Below, one piece after another: positions 18,608 through 29,254 of a stretch of 64,000 bases of DNA. The notes beneath the pieces are model-generated. The model was given only the letters and a program-made list of their open reading frames with translations. It had not been told where the DNA came from and did not search any database. The translations under genes were made by a program, and so were the position numbers. Location of the stretch: positions 3,936,001 to 4,000,000 of the forward strand of contig CAXXLZ010000002.1 in assembly GCA_963675595.2 (NCBI GenBank), given 5' to 3'. This DNA comes from Thermodesulfobacteriota bacterium (GTDB taxonomy: Bacteria; Desulfobacterota; Desulfarculia; JACQYL01). Numbering within the stretch: the stretch's first letter is position 1; each line of letters opens with the position of its first letter.

Positions 18608-19522
18608 TTAGAGCAGTTTTCTCGCCAGGTTTTCGATCAGCTCTCGGTTCTCCAGTTTTTCCCGCCACAACAAAGGAACGGCGTCCACACCAAGGTAGGC
18701 CCCGGAGAGTGCGCACGCCATGGCCCCCAGTGTGTCGCGGTCTCCGCCGTTCAGGATCGCGCAGAAAAGGCAGTCCTCAAACGACATGGGATACCTGAGA
18801 AAGGCATAGAAAGCGAACGGCAAGGATTCATTCACCGCGACGGAACGGCCGAGGGCGTTCGCCGCCGGTTCCGCATCGGAGCTTTCGCTTACCAGCTCCG
18901 CCAAACGTTCCATTTTTTCCCGCATCTGTTGGGTTTTCGGGAATCTCACGAGGCTGTTCAGAAAACGATCGGTGGGGAAAGGGTGGTCGGGGTCGATCTT
19001 TACCGCTTCGCCCACGGCGAAAGCCAGTGTGGCCGCACCGTCCATCCCTACGGGGTGGGTGTGCGTCACCCTCGCGGAAGCACACGCCTCATCGTAGAGT
19101 AACCGAGAATCGTGGTAAAATAGCCCGACGGGCGACACACGCATGGCGGCGCCGTTTCCGAAGGAGCCTGCGCCCCCGAACAAGCGCGCCGCCGCTTCGG
19201 GGTATGGAATTCCTTGTGAAGCCACGATTTGGAAGATCATGGGCGGCCCCGGGGCGTAGCCCCTCCATGGCTCCGCATCGTAATTTCGCCGGAAAACGTC
19301 CCCCAGCCGCTGGACGTCGATCTTTCGGACTTGGCCCAGCGTTTCGGCGATCCCCAAAGCCATGGCCGTGTCGTCGGTATATCGCAGAACGGGAATCTCT
19401 TCCAGAACCGAGGTCAATTTGGCACGATCGGGACACTCAAAGGCCATCTCGCCGATGGCGTCTCCGATTCCGGATCCAAGCATGGAACCCAGGAACTTGG
19501 ATTCAAGATCGGGTCGGTGCAT
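18608..19522 (-). CDS. ADP-ribosylglycohydrolase (DraG/ARH family)
   Basis: GDAIG, YTDDT, GNGAAMR, THTHP, GGDRDT. Start 19522 after AAGGAG. Confidence 0.92.
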   Translation of the reverse strand: MHRPDLESKFLGSMLGSGIGDAIGEMAFECPDRAKLTSVLEEIPVLRYTDDTAMALGIAETLGQVRKIDVQRLGDVFRRNYDAEPWRGYAPGPPMIFQIVASQGIPYPEAAARLFGGAGSFGNGAAMRVSPVGLFYHDSRLLYDEACASARVTHTHPVGMDGAATLAFAVGEAVKIDPDHPFPTDRFLNSLVRFPKTQQMREKMERLAELVSESSDAEPAANALGRSVAVNESLPFAFYAFLRYPMSFEDCLFCAILNGGDRDTLGAMACALSGAYLGVDAVPLLWREKLENRELIENLARKLL

Positions 19523-19751
19523 AGGTGCTCCTTTCGTTCTGATGAACCGGAACAAGGGACCCGCTGCCGAATGCGGGGCCCGCCCGAGGCGGGCCGGTGG
19601 GATGATTCTTAGTGTTTGACGGATCATTGCAGAATTCCTTTCCGGTGTCCATGGATTCCGGAAACACGGGTGCCCGGAGCCGGCTTAATGAGTCCGGGCT
19701 CGCGAACGAGTAACGCGCTGTTTGGAATAGGCACAACGTGCCGGCGGAGGG

Positions 19752-22700
19752 ATGATCTTGCTCAAAACCTACGTGAGTAATCGTCAGGAACTACTGCTGG
19801 ACCGTTTGGTCCAAGTGCTGGAAGCTCCATCTCCGTCCGTACTTTGTCCGGAAGTGATTCTAGTGCAAAGCAAGGGAATGGAACGCTGGATCTCTCTCGA
19901 ATTGGCTGCTCGGTGGGGGATTTGCGCCAACTGCAGATTCCTGTTTCCCAACACCCTGGTCGAAGAAGTATTCGAGGCTTATTTCTCCGGATCCTCACAA
20001 GATGATGGGTTTTCCAAGGACAGGCTCGCTTGGCGGATCATGGGACTTCTTCCCACGTTGTCCAAGGAACGAGCCTTTGAGGACATACGCCGATACCTGT
20101 CCGAAGATCCTACCGGACTGAAGCTGTACCAGGTATCTGCGAAGGTTGCCGATCTGTTCGATCAATATCTGACCTTTCGCCCCGACATGCTCCTCAAGTG
20201 GGAAAGGACCCGAGATTCCAGCTGGCAAGCCGTGCTTTGGCGCAAGATCGTGGGTGATTCCACGGGCACGCACCGAGCAGCTCTCTTGGAACGCTTTCTG
20301 GAATGCGCGGCGCGTGGGGAGACTCCCGGGTCCCACCTGCCGGTGAGGATCAGTGTTTTCGGTATTTCCTACTTGCCCGGGTTCCACCTTGAGGTGCTCA
20401 ATGCGATTTCCAGGTTTTCCGATGTCCACTTCTTTCTGATGAATCCGTGCAAGGTCTACTGGGGAGATATTCGGTCGAGCCGTGAAATCGCGGGCATCGA
20501 AGCCGCGGCGGGACGGAAGGAGCAATCGGAGCCGGAGCTTCACTTCGAGGAAGGAGCCCTGCTTCTGGCCTCTCTCGGGGTTCATGGAAGGGAGTTCTTC
20601 AATCTGGTCCAGGACATGGACGTGACGGAAGAATCGCAGGATTTCGAGGATCCCGGGACCGACACTCTCTTGGCGAAAACTCAGTCCGAGATTCTCAACT
20701 TGGGGGACGGAGAAGTTCAAGAGCCTTCCAGCGTTCCGCTCTCTCCGCCGGACCATTCCATCGCGATACATTCGTGCCACAGTCCCATGAGGGAAATCGA
20801 AGTGCTTCACGACGCGCTTCTTTCCCTTTTCCAGTCCAATCCGGAACTCCGGCCCGAAGATGTGGCCGTCATGACGCCCGACATCGATATCTATGCCCCT
20901 TTCATACGGGCGGTGTTCGACGCTCCCGAAGAGGTCGACGAGAGGATTCCGTACACGGTTGCCGACCGCAGCCTAAGAAATGAGGGGCGGCTCGCGGAAC
21001 CGTTTTTGGCTCTATTGGCGCTATGGGAAGGCCGCCTTGGGGTATCGGAGGTTCAGGCCATTGCCGAGGCGCTCCCCGTCCGACAAAGATTCGGATTTTC
21101 CGAAACGGACATGGAATTGCTCGCGCGGTGGGTTTCGGAGACGGGAATACGATGGGGACTGGACGGAGAGGAGCGGGCACGCTTGGGGTTGCCGCGAACG
21201 GAGGAGAACACCTGGAGAGCGGGCTTGGACCGACTTCTGTTGGGCTTGGCCATGCCGGACGGACAGGGTTGTGAATTCGCCGGCATTATCCCCTATGACG
21301 CAATCGAAGGTGCTTCGGCGTCGATCCTGGGTGCGTTTCTTGAATTTGCCGAACGGTTGTTCCGATGGCGAGCTCAATCGGGTGAAGCAAAGACCCTCGA
21401 AGAGTGGGGGCGGCTTCTCTTGGAGGTACTGGATGCTTTTTTCGAGCCCTCGGCGGAAACCGAAAGGGAAATGCAGACCATCCGAGGAATGATCCAACGC
21501 CTTTCGTCGCAGCAGGCGGACCTGGGCGAGGGACACAAAGTGGGCCCCACCGTGGTTTCGGCTTTTTTTAAACAGCGTTTCCAGGGAGAGTATCTTGGAT
21601 CCGGTTTTCTAGGTGGAGGGGTGACTTTCTGCTCCATGCTTCCCATGCGCAGCATTCCTTTTGAGGTAATCTGCCTGTTGGGAATGGACTCGGAGGCTTT
21701 CCCCAGGAAGTCCAAAGTCATGGAATTCGATCTCATCGCCAGGCATCCCCGACCGGGTGACCGATCCCGAAGGCATGACGATCGCTATTTGTTCTTGGAA
21801 ACTCTGTTGTCGGCGCGCCGCAAGCTTCACATCAGCTATGTGGGGCAGAGAATCCAGGACAACGAAGAGATTTCACCTTCCGTGGTGGTCAGCGAGCTGC
21901 TTGATTCCCTGCAACGAACCATCGGAGAGGCGCATGAGGCGACGGTGGAAAGACTCATAGTGACCAAGCATCGTCTTCAGGCCTTCAATCCCGCCTATTT
22001 CCGAGAAGAGGGAAACCTGTTCAGCTATTCCAAGGTCAATTGCCGCGCCGCGCAAAGCCTGAACTCCATTCATGAACTCCCGCCGTTCTTTGGTGTGCCT
22101 TTGGATGAGCCCGGAGAAGAATGGAGAACCGTCGACCTGGACTTCCTGTGCGATTTCTTCTCCAATCCCTGCAAAGTGCTGCTGAAGAATCGGCTGGGGG
22201 CGGCACTCGAAGAAGAGGTTCCGAGTCCCGAAGATCGAGAGGTTTTCGCTCTGGACGCCCTTCAAGCCCACAAGGTCCGGGAGGAAATGTCGCGGGCGTT
22301 GTTGGCCGGGGAAGCGGAGCAGGACGTCTTGCGGCGCATGGTCAAGTTAGGACGACTGCCACACGGCGTTGTGGGATTGTGCGGGTTCGACAGGCTGAAG
22401 TGGGAAGTAAAGGCATTCGTGGAACGAGTTCGGGAGAGCATGACGGAAGAAAGACCTCCCATGGAAGTGGATATGACATTCAATCATTTTCGTCTGGTCG
22501 GCGGGATTCGGGGAATTCGTGGGCAGGGACTGGTTGGATTTCGTTGCGCCAAAATCAAGCCCAAAGATCGTCTGCGCATGTGGATTCGCCACTTGGTTTT
22601 GTGTGCGCTGAGCGTCGAACCGCCTTACTCGGAAAGCTTGCACATTGGGCTGGACCTGACCTGCGGATATGCTCGACCGCAAGATCCCCGCGCCGTTTTG

Positions 22701-22997
22701 GCCTCACTTTTGGAGCTTTACGGGGAGGGGCTCCGCCGGCCTATTCCCTTTTATCCCGTCGCCTCCTTCACCTACGCCGCTGAGCGCCTTAAGGACAAGA
22801 GCTCGGAAGCGAAGGCTTTGCGAAAGGCATTGAGAGAATGGGTGAGCGGAGACTTTCCAGGTCAACAAGGAGAAGATCGGGACCCGTATTTCGATGCGTG
22901 CTTTCGCGATAAGATTCCGCTGGGCGACGAGTTTCGGAGCTTGGCCGAACGGATATTCTTTCCCATGCTGGAGCATGAAAGGGAACTCAAAGCATGA
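19752..22997 (+). CDS. recC: Exodeoxyribonuclease V gamma subunit
   Basis: VQSKGMERW, ADLFDQY..RPD, HSCHSPMREIEVLHD, PMRSIPF, DDRYLFLE; 1081 aa. Confidence 0.97.
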   Translation: MILLKTYVSNRQELLLDRLVQVLEAPSPSVLCPEVILVQSKGMERWISLELAARWGICANCRFLFPNTLVEEVFEAYFSGSSQDDGFSKDRLAWRIMGLLPTLSKERAFEDIRRYLSEDPTGLKLYQVSAKVADLFDQYLTFRPDMLLKWERTRDSSWQAVLWRKIVGDSTGTHRAALLERFLECAARGETPGSHLPVRISVFGISYLPGFHLEVLNAISRFSDVHFFLMNPCKVYWGDIRSSREIAGIEAAAGRKEQSEPELHFEEGALLLASLGVHGREFFNLVQDMDVTEESQDFEDPGTDTLLAKTQSEILNLGDGEVQEPSSVPLSPPDHSIAIHSCHSPMREIEVLHDALLSLFQSNPELRPEDVAVMTPDIDIYAPFIRAVFDAPEEVDERIPYTVADRSLRNEGRLAEPFLALLALWEGRLGVSEVQAIAEALPVRQRFGFSETDMELLARWVSETGIRWGLDGEERARLGLPRTEENTWRAGLDRLLLGLAMPDGQGCEFAGIIPYDAIEGASASILGAFLEFAERLFRWRAQSGEAKTLEEWGRLLLEVLDAFFEPSAETEREMQTIRGMIQRLSSQQADLGEGHKVGPTVVSAFFKQRFQGEYLGSGFLGGGVTFCSMLPMRSIPFEVICLLGMDSEAFPRKSKVMEFDLIARHPRPGDRSRRHDDRYLFLETLLSARRKLHISYVGQRIQDNEEISPSVVVSELLDSLQRTIGEAHEATVERLIVTKHRLQAFNPAYFREEGNLFSYSKVNCRAAQSLNSIHELPPFFGVPLDEPGEEWRTVDLDFLCDFFSNPCKVLLKNRLGAALEEEVPSPEDREVFALDALQAHKVREEMSRALLAGEAEQDVLRRMVKLGRLPHGVVGLCGFDRLKWEVKAFVERVRESMTEERPPMEVDMTFNHFRLVGGIRGIRGQGLVGFRCAKIKPKDRLRMWIRHLVLCALSVEPPYSESLHIGLDLTCGYARPQDPRAVLASLLELYGEGLRRPIPFYPVASFTYAAERLKDKSSEAKALRKALREWVSGDFPGQQGEDRDPYFDACFRDKIPLGDEFRSLAERIFFPMLEHERELKA

Positions 22998-25900
22998 ATC
23001 CGGAGATGCGGAACGGCAAACGGAACAGCGCGGTCGGGCAAGAGGAGTTGGATCTGTTTGCCGCCCCGTTGGAGGGGGTCAATCTCATCGAGGCTAGTGC
23101 GGGGACGGGGAAGACTTTCGCCATCGCCGCGCTTTACCTTCGCCTGATACTGGAGAGGGAACTGAGCGTCGACCGGATTCTGGTTGTGACGTTCACCAAG
23201 GCGGCCACCGATGAGTTGAGGAGTCGGATTCGAAAGCGTCTTGTCGGTGCCTTGAAGGTCATGGAGGGAGGATCCTCGGATGACCCTTTCGTTGTTCGAT
23301 ACCTGCAAGGAGGTTCCGTAACCTCCCTGTCGATAAGGCTGCTGCGAAACGCCATTGTGAATTTCGACGAAGCGGCGATCTTTACCATTCATGGATTTTG
23401 TCGACGGGTGCTGCAGGAAAACGCTTTTGAAAGCGGAAGCCCCTTCGACACCGAGCTGGTGTCGGACCAAAACGACTTGGCCCGAGAGGCGGCGGAGGAC
23501 TTCTGGCGTTCCCACATGTACTCGGCTCCGTACGATTTCGTCCATTTCGTCACGAATTGCAGGAACACCGGGGTCGAGACTTTCGTAGGTCTGGCGAACG
23601 ATTACGGCTCCAAATGGGATTTAAAGGTTCTTCCGGACCCGATTGCCGGCGTGGAGCGGGTGGAACCCTCGCTTTTTCAACCCGTCCGCCTTGCGGCGGC
23701 CCAACTGGGCGACCTCTGGAGAGGGAGAAGGAGCGAGATTGCGGAGGCCGTGAAGTCACCGGCCATGAACGGAAATCTTTACAGAAAGAGCAGTATTCCG
23801 TTTTGGATTAAAGAAATGGACGCTTATTTCGACCGAGACCCCTTCGTTCCATTTCCGCTTCCCAAATCTCTGACTAAGTGGACGGCCGAGTCCATTGCGG
23901 GAGGAACAAAAAAGAACCAAAAACCTCCCGAACATCCGTTCTTTCATGCCTGCGGCGATTACCTGCGGGAGGCCTCGGCGCTGGAAACCGTATTGGACGA
24001 GGTGCTGCTGGGATTGAAAGTCAAATTCCTGAGAGGATTGAAGGAGGAACTCGATTTCAGGAAGGAGCGGAGGAACCTTCAGCACTTTGATGACCTATTG
24101 CTGAAGGTTCGAAAATCTCTGGCTCAGGGCGGAGGCTCGCCTTTGGGAAAAGCGGTGCGCGGAAAATTCGCGGCGGCGCTTGTGGATGAATTTCAGGACA
24201 CGGATCCGGTTCAATATGCTATTTTTCGTACCGTTTTCGCAAAAGGCCGAAAGCCTTTGTTCCTGATCGGCGATCCGAAGCAGGCTATTTATAGTTTTCG
24301 TGGCGCAGACCTGTATTCCTACCTTAAAGCTTCGGGACAAGTGGACCGTAGGTTCACTTTGCCCGTCAATCGGCGCTCCGTGCCGGGCTTGATCGAGGCG
24401 GTGAACACCTTGTTCTCGGCAGTCCCCAATCCCTTTCTGTATCAGGAGATCGCGTTTCATCCCACCAGGCCCCCGGAGGCCGGACTTCCCCGCCTGCTCA
24501 CGGAGAGCGGTGAGACCGGAAAGCCCCTGCAACTTTGGATTGTGGATTCGGAGAGCGACAAGGCGGAATCGGGACTTACGGAAAAAGAGAGTGATGTTTT
24601 GTCCGCGGTCGTCGGAGACGATGTCGATATCCGAATCTGTGATGCGGTGGCGGTCGAAATCCACCGCCTGCTTACCGGAGCGCGTGAGTCTCGAATCCTT
24701 TTGGGCGGTGAGCCGTTGAAGGAAAGCGACATCGCCGTGCTGGTACGTACCCACATTCAGGCGCGCAAAGTTCAGAAGGCCCTGAACGGGGTGGGGATCA
24801 ACAGTGTGCTGTATAAGCAAGGGAACGTTTTTGCTTCAAGAGAATCGGAAGAGCTCTGTCGGGTAATGGAGGCGGTTCTGGAGCCCGCCGCGAGCCGGGT
24901 GCTTAAAGCGGCTCTCATTACGCGACTTCTGGGGTTGAACGGAGAGGACCTGGGAGCTTTCCACGAAGAAGATGCCGATTGGAGCGGGTGGGTTTCCAGG
25001 TTCAGCGAATACCGAGAACTTTGGGTTCGTTTCGGCTTCGCACGTATGTTCCGCACCTTGCTTCTGAGAGAGGGTATTCGAGAGTGTCTAGTGGCGAGGA
25101 CCGGGGGCGAGAGGGCTCTGACCAATCTTCTCCACTTGGCGGAATTGCTGCAGGAACAAGAAACAGGATCGAGCCTGCCTCCTCGGGGACTACTCAAATG
25201 GTTTTACGAGAAGCGACACGAGGACACGGCCTTGGAGGAACACGAGCTTCGTCTGGAAAGTGACGAGCGGGCGGTTAATGTGGTCACGATTCACAGAAGC
25301 AAGGGGCTCGAGTTCCCGGTGGTCTTCTGCCCATTCACTTGGGATGCTTCGGTCGAAAGCCGGAATCGGAGAATCATTTTTCACGATGCGCAAGACCATG
25401 ATCGGCTGACTGCGGACTTGGGATCTCGGGAGCGAAATCGTCATCTTGCGCAATCGCTCAAAGAAAATCTCGCTGAAGACGCTCGGCTCCTATATGTGGC
25501 GCTGACTCGAGCCGTAGCGCGTTGTTACCTGATCCAACCGAAAGGAGTGAGACTGAGGATTTCCGCGCAGGCGCTGCTCTCGGCGGGACCCGATCCTCTC
25601 GACCCGGAGGATCCCGTAGCCGACCTCTCAGCCCGGACGACGCAACTGGGAAGCGAAGGATTGGCGGCCAACCTGGAGAACCTGGCTCGTCGCGCACCTC
25701 TAAGCATGGAGGTGACTCATCCACGCCGGGAGGTAACGGGCAAGATGCCGCCTGTGACGGACGGGAGGCCTGTTCTCGTCTGTCGTGAATTCACGGGAAG
25801 CATTGTGAGGGATCGCCGACTGCTTAGTTTTACCTTCCTGGCCACCCGGGCGGAGGCCGAACCCGATCTGCCCGAACACGATGCCTTGCCCGCTCCGGAG

Positions 25901-26692
25901 GAGCGAGAGGAGATCGAAGAATCGGGGGAAGACCCGGACGAACGTTCCATCTTTCGCTTTCCCAAAGGAGCGGTTACGGGGAACTGTTTTCATGAGATTC
26001 TCGAGCGACTGGATTACACGGACGCTGATTCTCCCTCCGTGAAAGAACTCATTGCGGAAACATTGGACAGTTACGGATTCGACGATTTTTGGCTGGACTC
26101 CGTATTTCGGATGGTACGCAACGTAATCGAGGTGCCCCTGGTCCGCGGTCGCTCCGATTTCTCTTTGTCACTGATCGATCGCCGGCATCGGGTCAACGAG
26201 ATGGAATTCACCTTTCCGTTGGATGGTTTCTCATCCAAAGGCCTAAAAGAGGTCCTTCGTTCGGTAAGTCGGGACACGGAACACGCCTTGGGGGTCGTCG
26301 ATGTTTTGGAACGACTAGAGTTCTCTTCGTGCAGCGGTTTCATGAGGGGGTTTGTTGATCTGGTTTTCGAATTGGACGGGCGGTTCTTCTTGGTGGACTG
26401 GAAGACCAATCACCTCGGGAACCGCATCGGCGAGTACGGTACGCAAGCCCTGGAGTCCGCCATGATTCGGGAATTATACGTGCTTCAATACCTGATCTAT
26501 ACGGTGGCCGTGGATCGTTATCTCGCCCGGCGCCTTCCGGGATACCGTTATGAAGAGCACTTCGGAGGCGTGTTCTATTTGTTTCTCCGTGGTATCGACG
26601 CCCGGGTCGGGCCGGATTTCGGGGTGTATGCCGACCGACCATCGGCAAGGTTGGTGGCCGGGTTGTCCGAAGCGTTTGGGGGATACGGATAG
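22994..26692 (+). CDS. recB: Exodeoxyribonuclease V beta subunit
   Basis: IEASAGTGKT, VDEFQDT, GDPKQAIY, TIHRSKGLE, YVALTRA, nuclease motif GFVDL...VDWKTN. Confidence 0.97.
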   Translation: MNPEMRNGKRNSAVGQEELDLFAAPLEGVNLIEASAGTGKTFAIAALYLRLILERELSVDRILVVTFTKAATDELRSRIRKRLVGALKVMEGGSSDDPFVVRYLQGGSVTSLSIRLLRNAIVNFDEAAIFTIHGFCRRVLQENAFESGSPFDTELVSDQNDLAREAAEDFWRSHMYSAPYDFVHFVTNCRNTGVETFVGLANDYGSKWDLKVLPDPIAGVERVEPSLFQPVRLAAAQLGDLWRGRRSEIAEAVKSPAMNGNLYRKSSIPFWIKEMDAYFDRDPFVPFPLPKSLTKWTAESIAGGTKKNQKPPEHPFFHACGDYLREASALETVLDEVLLGLKVKFLRGLKEELDFRKERRNLQHFDDLLLKVRKSLAQGGGSPLGKAVRGKFAAALVDEFQDTDPVQYAIFRTVFAKGRKPLFLIGDPKQAIYSFRGADLYSYLKASGQVDRRFTLPVNRRSVPGLIEAVNTLFSAVPNPFLYQEIAFHPTRPPEAGLPRLLTESGETGKPLQLWIVDSESDKAESGLTEKESDVLSAVVGDDVDIRICDAVAVEIHRLLTGARESRILLGGEPLKESDIAVLVRTHIQARKVQKALNGVGINSVLYKQGNVFASRESEELCRVMEAVLEPAASRVLKAALITRLLGLNGEDLGAFHEEDADWSGWVSRFSEYRELWVRFGFARMFRTLLLREGIRECLVARTGGERALTNLLHLAELLQEQETGSSLPPRGLLKWFYEKRHEDTALEEHELRLESDERAVNVVTIHRSKGLEFPVVFCPFTWDASVESRNRRIIFHDAQDHDRLTADLGSRERNRHLAQSLKENLAEDARLLYVALTRAVARCYLIQPKGVRLRISAQALLSAGPDPLDPEDPVADLSARTTQLGSEGLAANLENLARRAPLSMEVTHPRREVTGKMPPVTDGRPVLVCREFTGSIVRDRRLLSFTFLATRAEAEPDLPEHDALPAPEEREEIEESGEDPDERSIFRFPKGAVTGNCFHEILERLDYTDADSPSVKELIAETLDSYGFDDFWLDSVFRMVRNVIEVPLVRGRSDFSLSLIDRRHRVNEMEFTFPLDGFSSKGLKEVLRSVSRDTEHALGVVDVLERLEFSSCSGFMRGFVDLVFELDGRFFLVDWKTNHLGNRIGEYGTQALESAMIRELYVLQYLIYTVAVDRYLARRLPGYRYEEHFGGVFYLFLRGIDARVGPDFGVYADRPSARLVAGLSEAFGGYG

Positions 26693-26781
26693 TTGGATGG
26701 ACTCCCTGCTGATCGTGCCGTCCTTTCATTCCTTACCGGCCGTTGCGACGCCGTGACGGAGACCCTACCGACGGGAACTGT

Positions 26782-28674
26782 ATGGATCTGGATGCTCTTA
26801 CATTCTTGAGTTCATCGGGACTATTGTCCCCTCTTGACGTTCATTTCGGCCGTTTCATCGCCGGGAAGCACATTCCCGGGGGGATATGCGCCTATGCCGG
26901 GATGGCCGGAGCTTTGGCCGGAAGATACACCGGCATGGGGAACGTGTGTGTGGACTTGAAGCGGCTTTCCGGCCGATTGTGGCCTCCCGACGCCGCCCCT
27001 TCGGAGGGCGTGCGATTGCCGGACTTCAGCGTCTGGCGGAGACGTTTGTTGGAAGGTGAGGCCGTGGGGCGTCCGGGAGAAAGAAAGCCTTTGATCCTGG
27101 ATTCGAAGGGGCGGCTGTATCTGTTTCGATACTGGAATTATGAAAGGCGGCTTGCCGAGGCCATTCTTGGACTGGCGGCGGAACCCGTCCGGGTTCCGGA
27201 CGTGGACGGGCTCAAGGAGGGATTGTTACGCTTGTTTCCTTCCGACGGGGTTGAAGAGACGGACCGGCAGCAAGTGGCTGCGATGTGCGCTTTGACCCGG
27301 AGGTTCTGCGTGATTACCGGAGGGCCGGGTACCGGCAAGACCACGACCGTGGCCAAGATTTTGGCGCTGTTTGTCGAGCGGCAACCGGAGATCGCCGCGA
27401 AGATCGCATTGGCGGCGCCTACGGGTAAGGCTGCGGCCCGGTTGAAAGAGTCTCTTCGATGGGCCGTGAGCGGGCTTGATTGCCGAAAAGAGGTGGTTGA
27501 AGCCGTCCCCATGGAGGCGTGCACGATTCACCGCCTTCTAGGAAGTCGTGTGGGCACTCCTTATTTTCAACACCACAAGGAAAACCCTTTGTCCAAACAG
27601 CTCGTCATCGTGGACGAGGCTTCCATGGTGGACCTGCCGCTGATGTCCAAACTCATTCAGGCCCTTCCGGAACAGGGTCGTCTGATTCTTCTGGGAGACA
27701 AGGACCAATTGGCCTCGGTTGAAGCGGGCGCGCTGTTGGGAGATATTTGCTCGGACGAAGCAACGGACTGTTTCTCCGAAGGATTCGAAAGGCTGTGCCG
27801 ATCCCTTACGGGAAGGCCGCTTTCCGGATGGGTGCGTCGGGAGGACCAAAGTGGATTGTGCGACGGCATCGTCGAACTCACGCGGAATTACAGGTTTTCC
27901 GACGCCGGGGGCATCGCGGTCGTCGGCGAATTGGTGAAACAAGGCAAGGGCACGAAAGCCTTGCAGGTCTTGGCCGAGGGAAAGGCTCCGGGCGTAACTT
28001 GGCGGCCCTTGCCTGGTCCGGACGTACTCGGGCGCGCCCTTAAGGAGTTGGTTTCAGACGTTTTTGAGGATTATGGGGAACGGGTTCGCGAAACCTGCAA
28101 GCTTGGAGTCGGTGAGGAAGGCGCGATCGGCCTGCTGCAGTACCTTAGGCGTTTTCGGATCCTTTCACCGGTACGGCAGGGCCCTTTCGGAGTCGTCGGT
28201 TTGAACAGGATGGTGGAGTCGATCTTGGGGGAATACGGAACCACGGGGTCGGGACCGGCACCTTACCCCGGGAAACCCATAATGGTCTTGCGAAACGACT
28301 ATCATCTGAAGTTGTTCAACGGGGATGTGGGAGTCTTGTTGCCGAACCCGTCTAATCCTGGAGAGTTGTTTGCCTATTTCGAGACACCGGAGGGGGCCAT
28401 CCGATCGTACCCCATCGCGTCTCTCCCCCAGTGGGAGACCGTGTACGCGATGACGGTGCACAAGAGTCAGGGTTCTGAATTCGACCGGGTGTTGTTGGTT
28501 CTTCCGGATCGTAGGGTCGAGGTGCTGTCGAGGGAGTTGATTTATACTGCCGTTTCGCGGGCCAAGCGGAGCGTGGAGATTTGGGGAACGGAAAGCGTGT
28601 TTCAGTTTGCCGTGGCGCGAAAGGTCGAACGGGGTTCCGGGTTGGCCGACGCCTTGGGCTTTGAGTCGGACTGA
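26782..28674 (+). CDS. recD: Exodeoxyribonuclease V alpha subunit
   Basis: GGPGTGKTT, APTGKAAARL, VDEASMVD, GDKDQL, TVHKSQGSEF, YTAVSRA. Confidence 0.96.
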   Translation: MDLDALTFLSSSGLLSPLDVHFGRFIAGKHIPGGICAYAGMAGALAGRYTGMGNVCVDLKRLSGRLWPPDAAPSEGVRLPDFSVWRRRLLEGEAVGRPGERKPLILDSKGRLYLFRYWNYERRLAEAILGLAAEPVRVPDVDGLKEGLLRLFPSDGVEETDRQQVAAMCALTRRFCVITGGPGTGKTTTVAKILALFVERQPEIAAKIALAAPTGKAAARLKESLRWAVSGLDCRKEVVEAVPMEACTIHRLLGSRVGTPYFQHHKENPLSKQLVIVDEASMVDLPLMSKLIQALPEQGRLILLGDKDQLASVEAGALLGDICSDEATDCFSEGFERLCRSLTGRPLSGWVRREDQSGLCDGIVELTRNYRFSDAGGIAVVGELVKQGKGTKALQVLAEGKAPGVTWRPLPGPDVLGRALKELVSDVFEDYGERVRETCKLGVGEEGAIGLLQYLRRFRILSPVRQGPFGVVGLNRMVESILGEYGTTGSGPAPYPGKPIMVLRNDYHLKLFNGDVGVLLPNPSNPGELFAYFETPEGAIRSYPIASLPQWETVYAMTVHKSQGSEFDRVLLVLPDRRVEVLSRELIYTAVSRAKRSVEIWGTESVFQFAVARKVERGSGLADALGFESD

Positions 28675-28962
28675 GCGGTATGGGCACCGTGAGGTCCTTT
28701 TCCGTGAAGCACACATTAAGACTTGAAGGAGAGAGCGGACCCCGGTTAGGTATATAGTTGGAACGAGTGTCGCCTCGGGCGCACCAATCCGCCGTCGACG
28801 GAATCCGTAGTTCCACAATCCAGGCAGCGAGCACTTCATTCTTTCGTCCAAGTGTGTTTCAAGAATCAACGAGCAGGAAAACCTCGTCCCGGGATTTGGT
28901 CGGCGGCGTGAGAATTCCCAAGGAACGCAGTCTCGAACACCCGACACACAAAAGAGGAAACG

Positions 28963-29064
28963 ATGAAAAGACTAATGGTCCCGGCGTTTTTTTGCGCCGC
29001 CGTCATCACTTCTTCCCGGAACCTTGCGTCCCCATTGGATGGTTGCATGTTCCCGGCGAGATGA
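28963..29064 (+). other. Possible small ORF (33 aa) or remnant of a secreted-protein gene
   Basis: AAGAGGAAAC precedes ATG. MKRLMVPAFFCAAVITSS... resembles the start of a signal peptide; TGA follows codon 33. Confidence 0.25.
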
Positions 29065-29254
29065 AGAGACGATCGGGAGCCTCTTTTACGTTTGAGGAGC
29101 CGGAAGAACGAACCCACACCGGAGCCTGAGGACGCGCTCTGAGGACAAGGGGGCGATGTGTTGTGCCGGGCCTCCATGACCGGCGCTTACGTTTACCGCC
29201 CACCATATGGAAACCGTTGCACCGAATTCAAACCCACCCAAAATGGGAGGAATC

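Noticed and set aside
29062-29150. Selenocysteine read-through of the small ORF's TGA
   Set aside because: No redox-motif context, no convincing SECIS, and the read-through peptide looks random.
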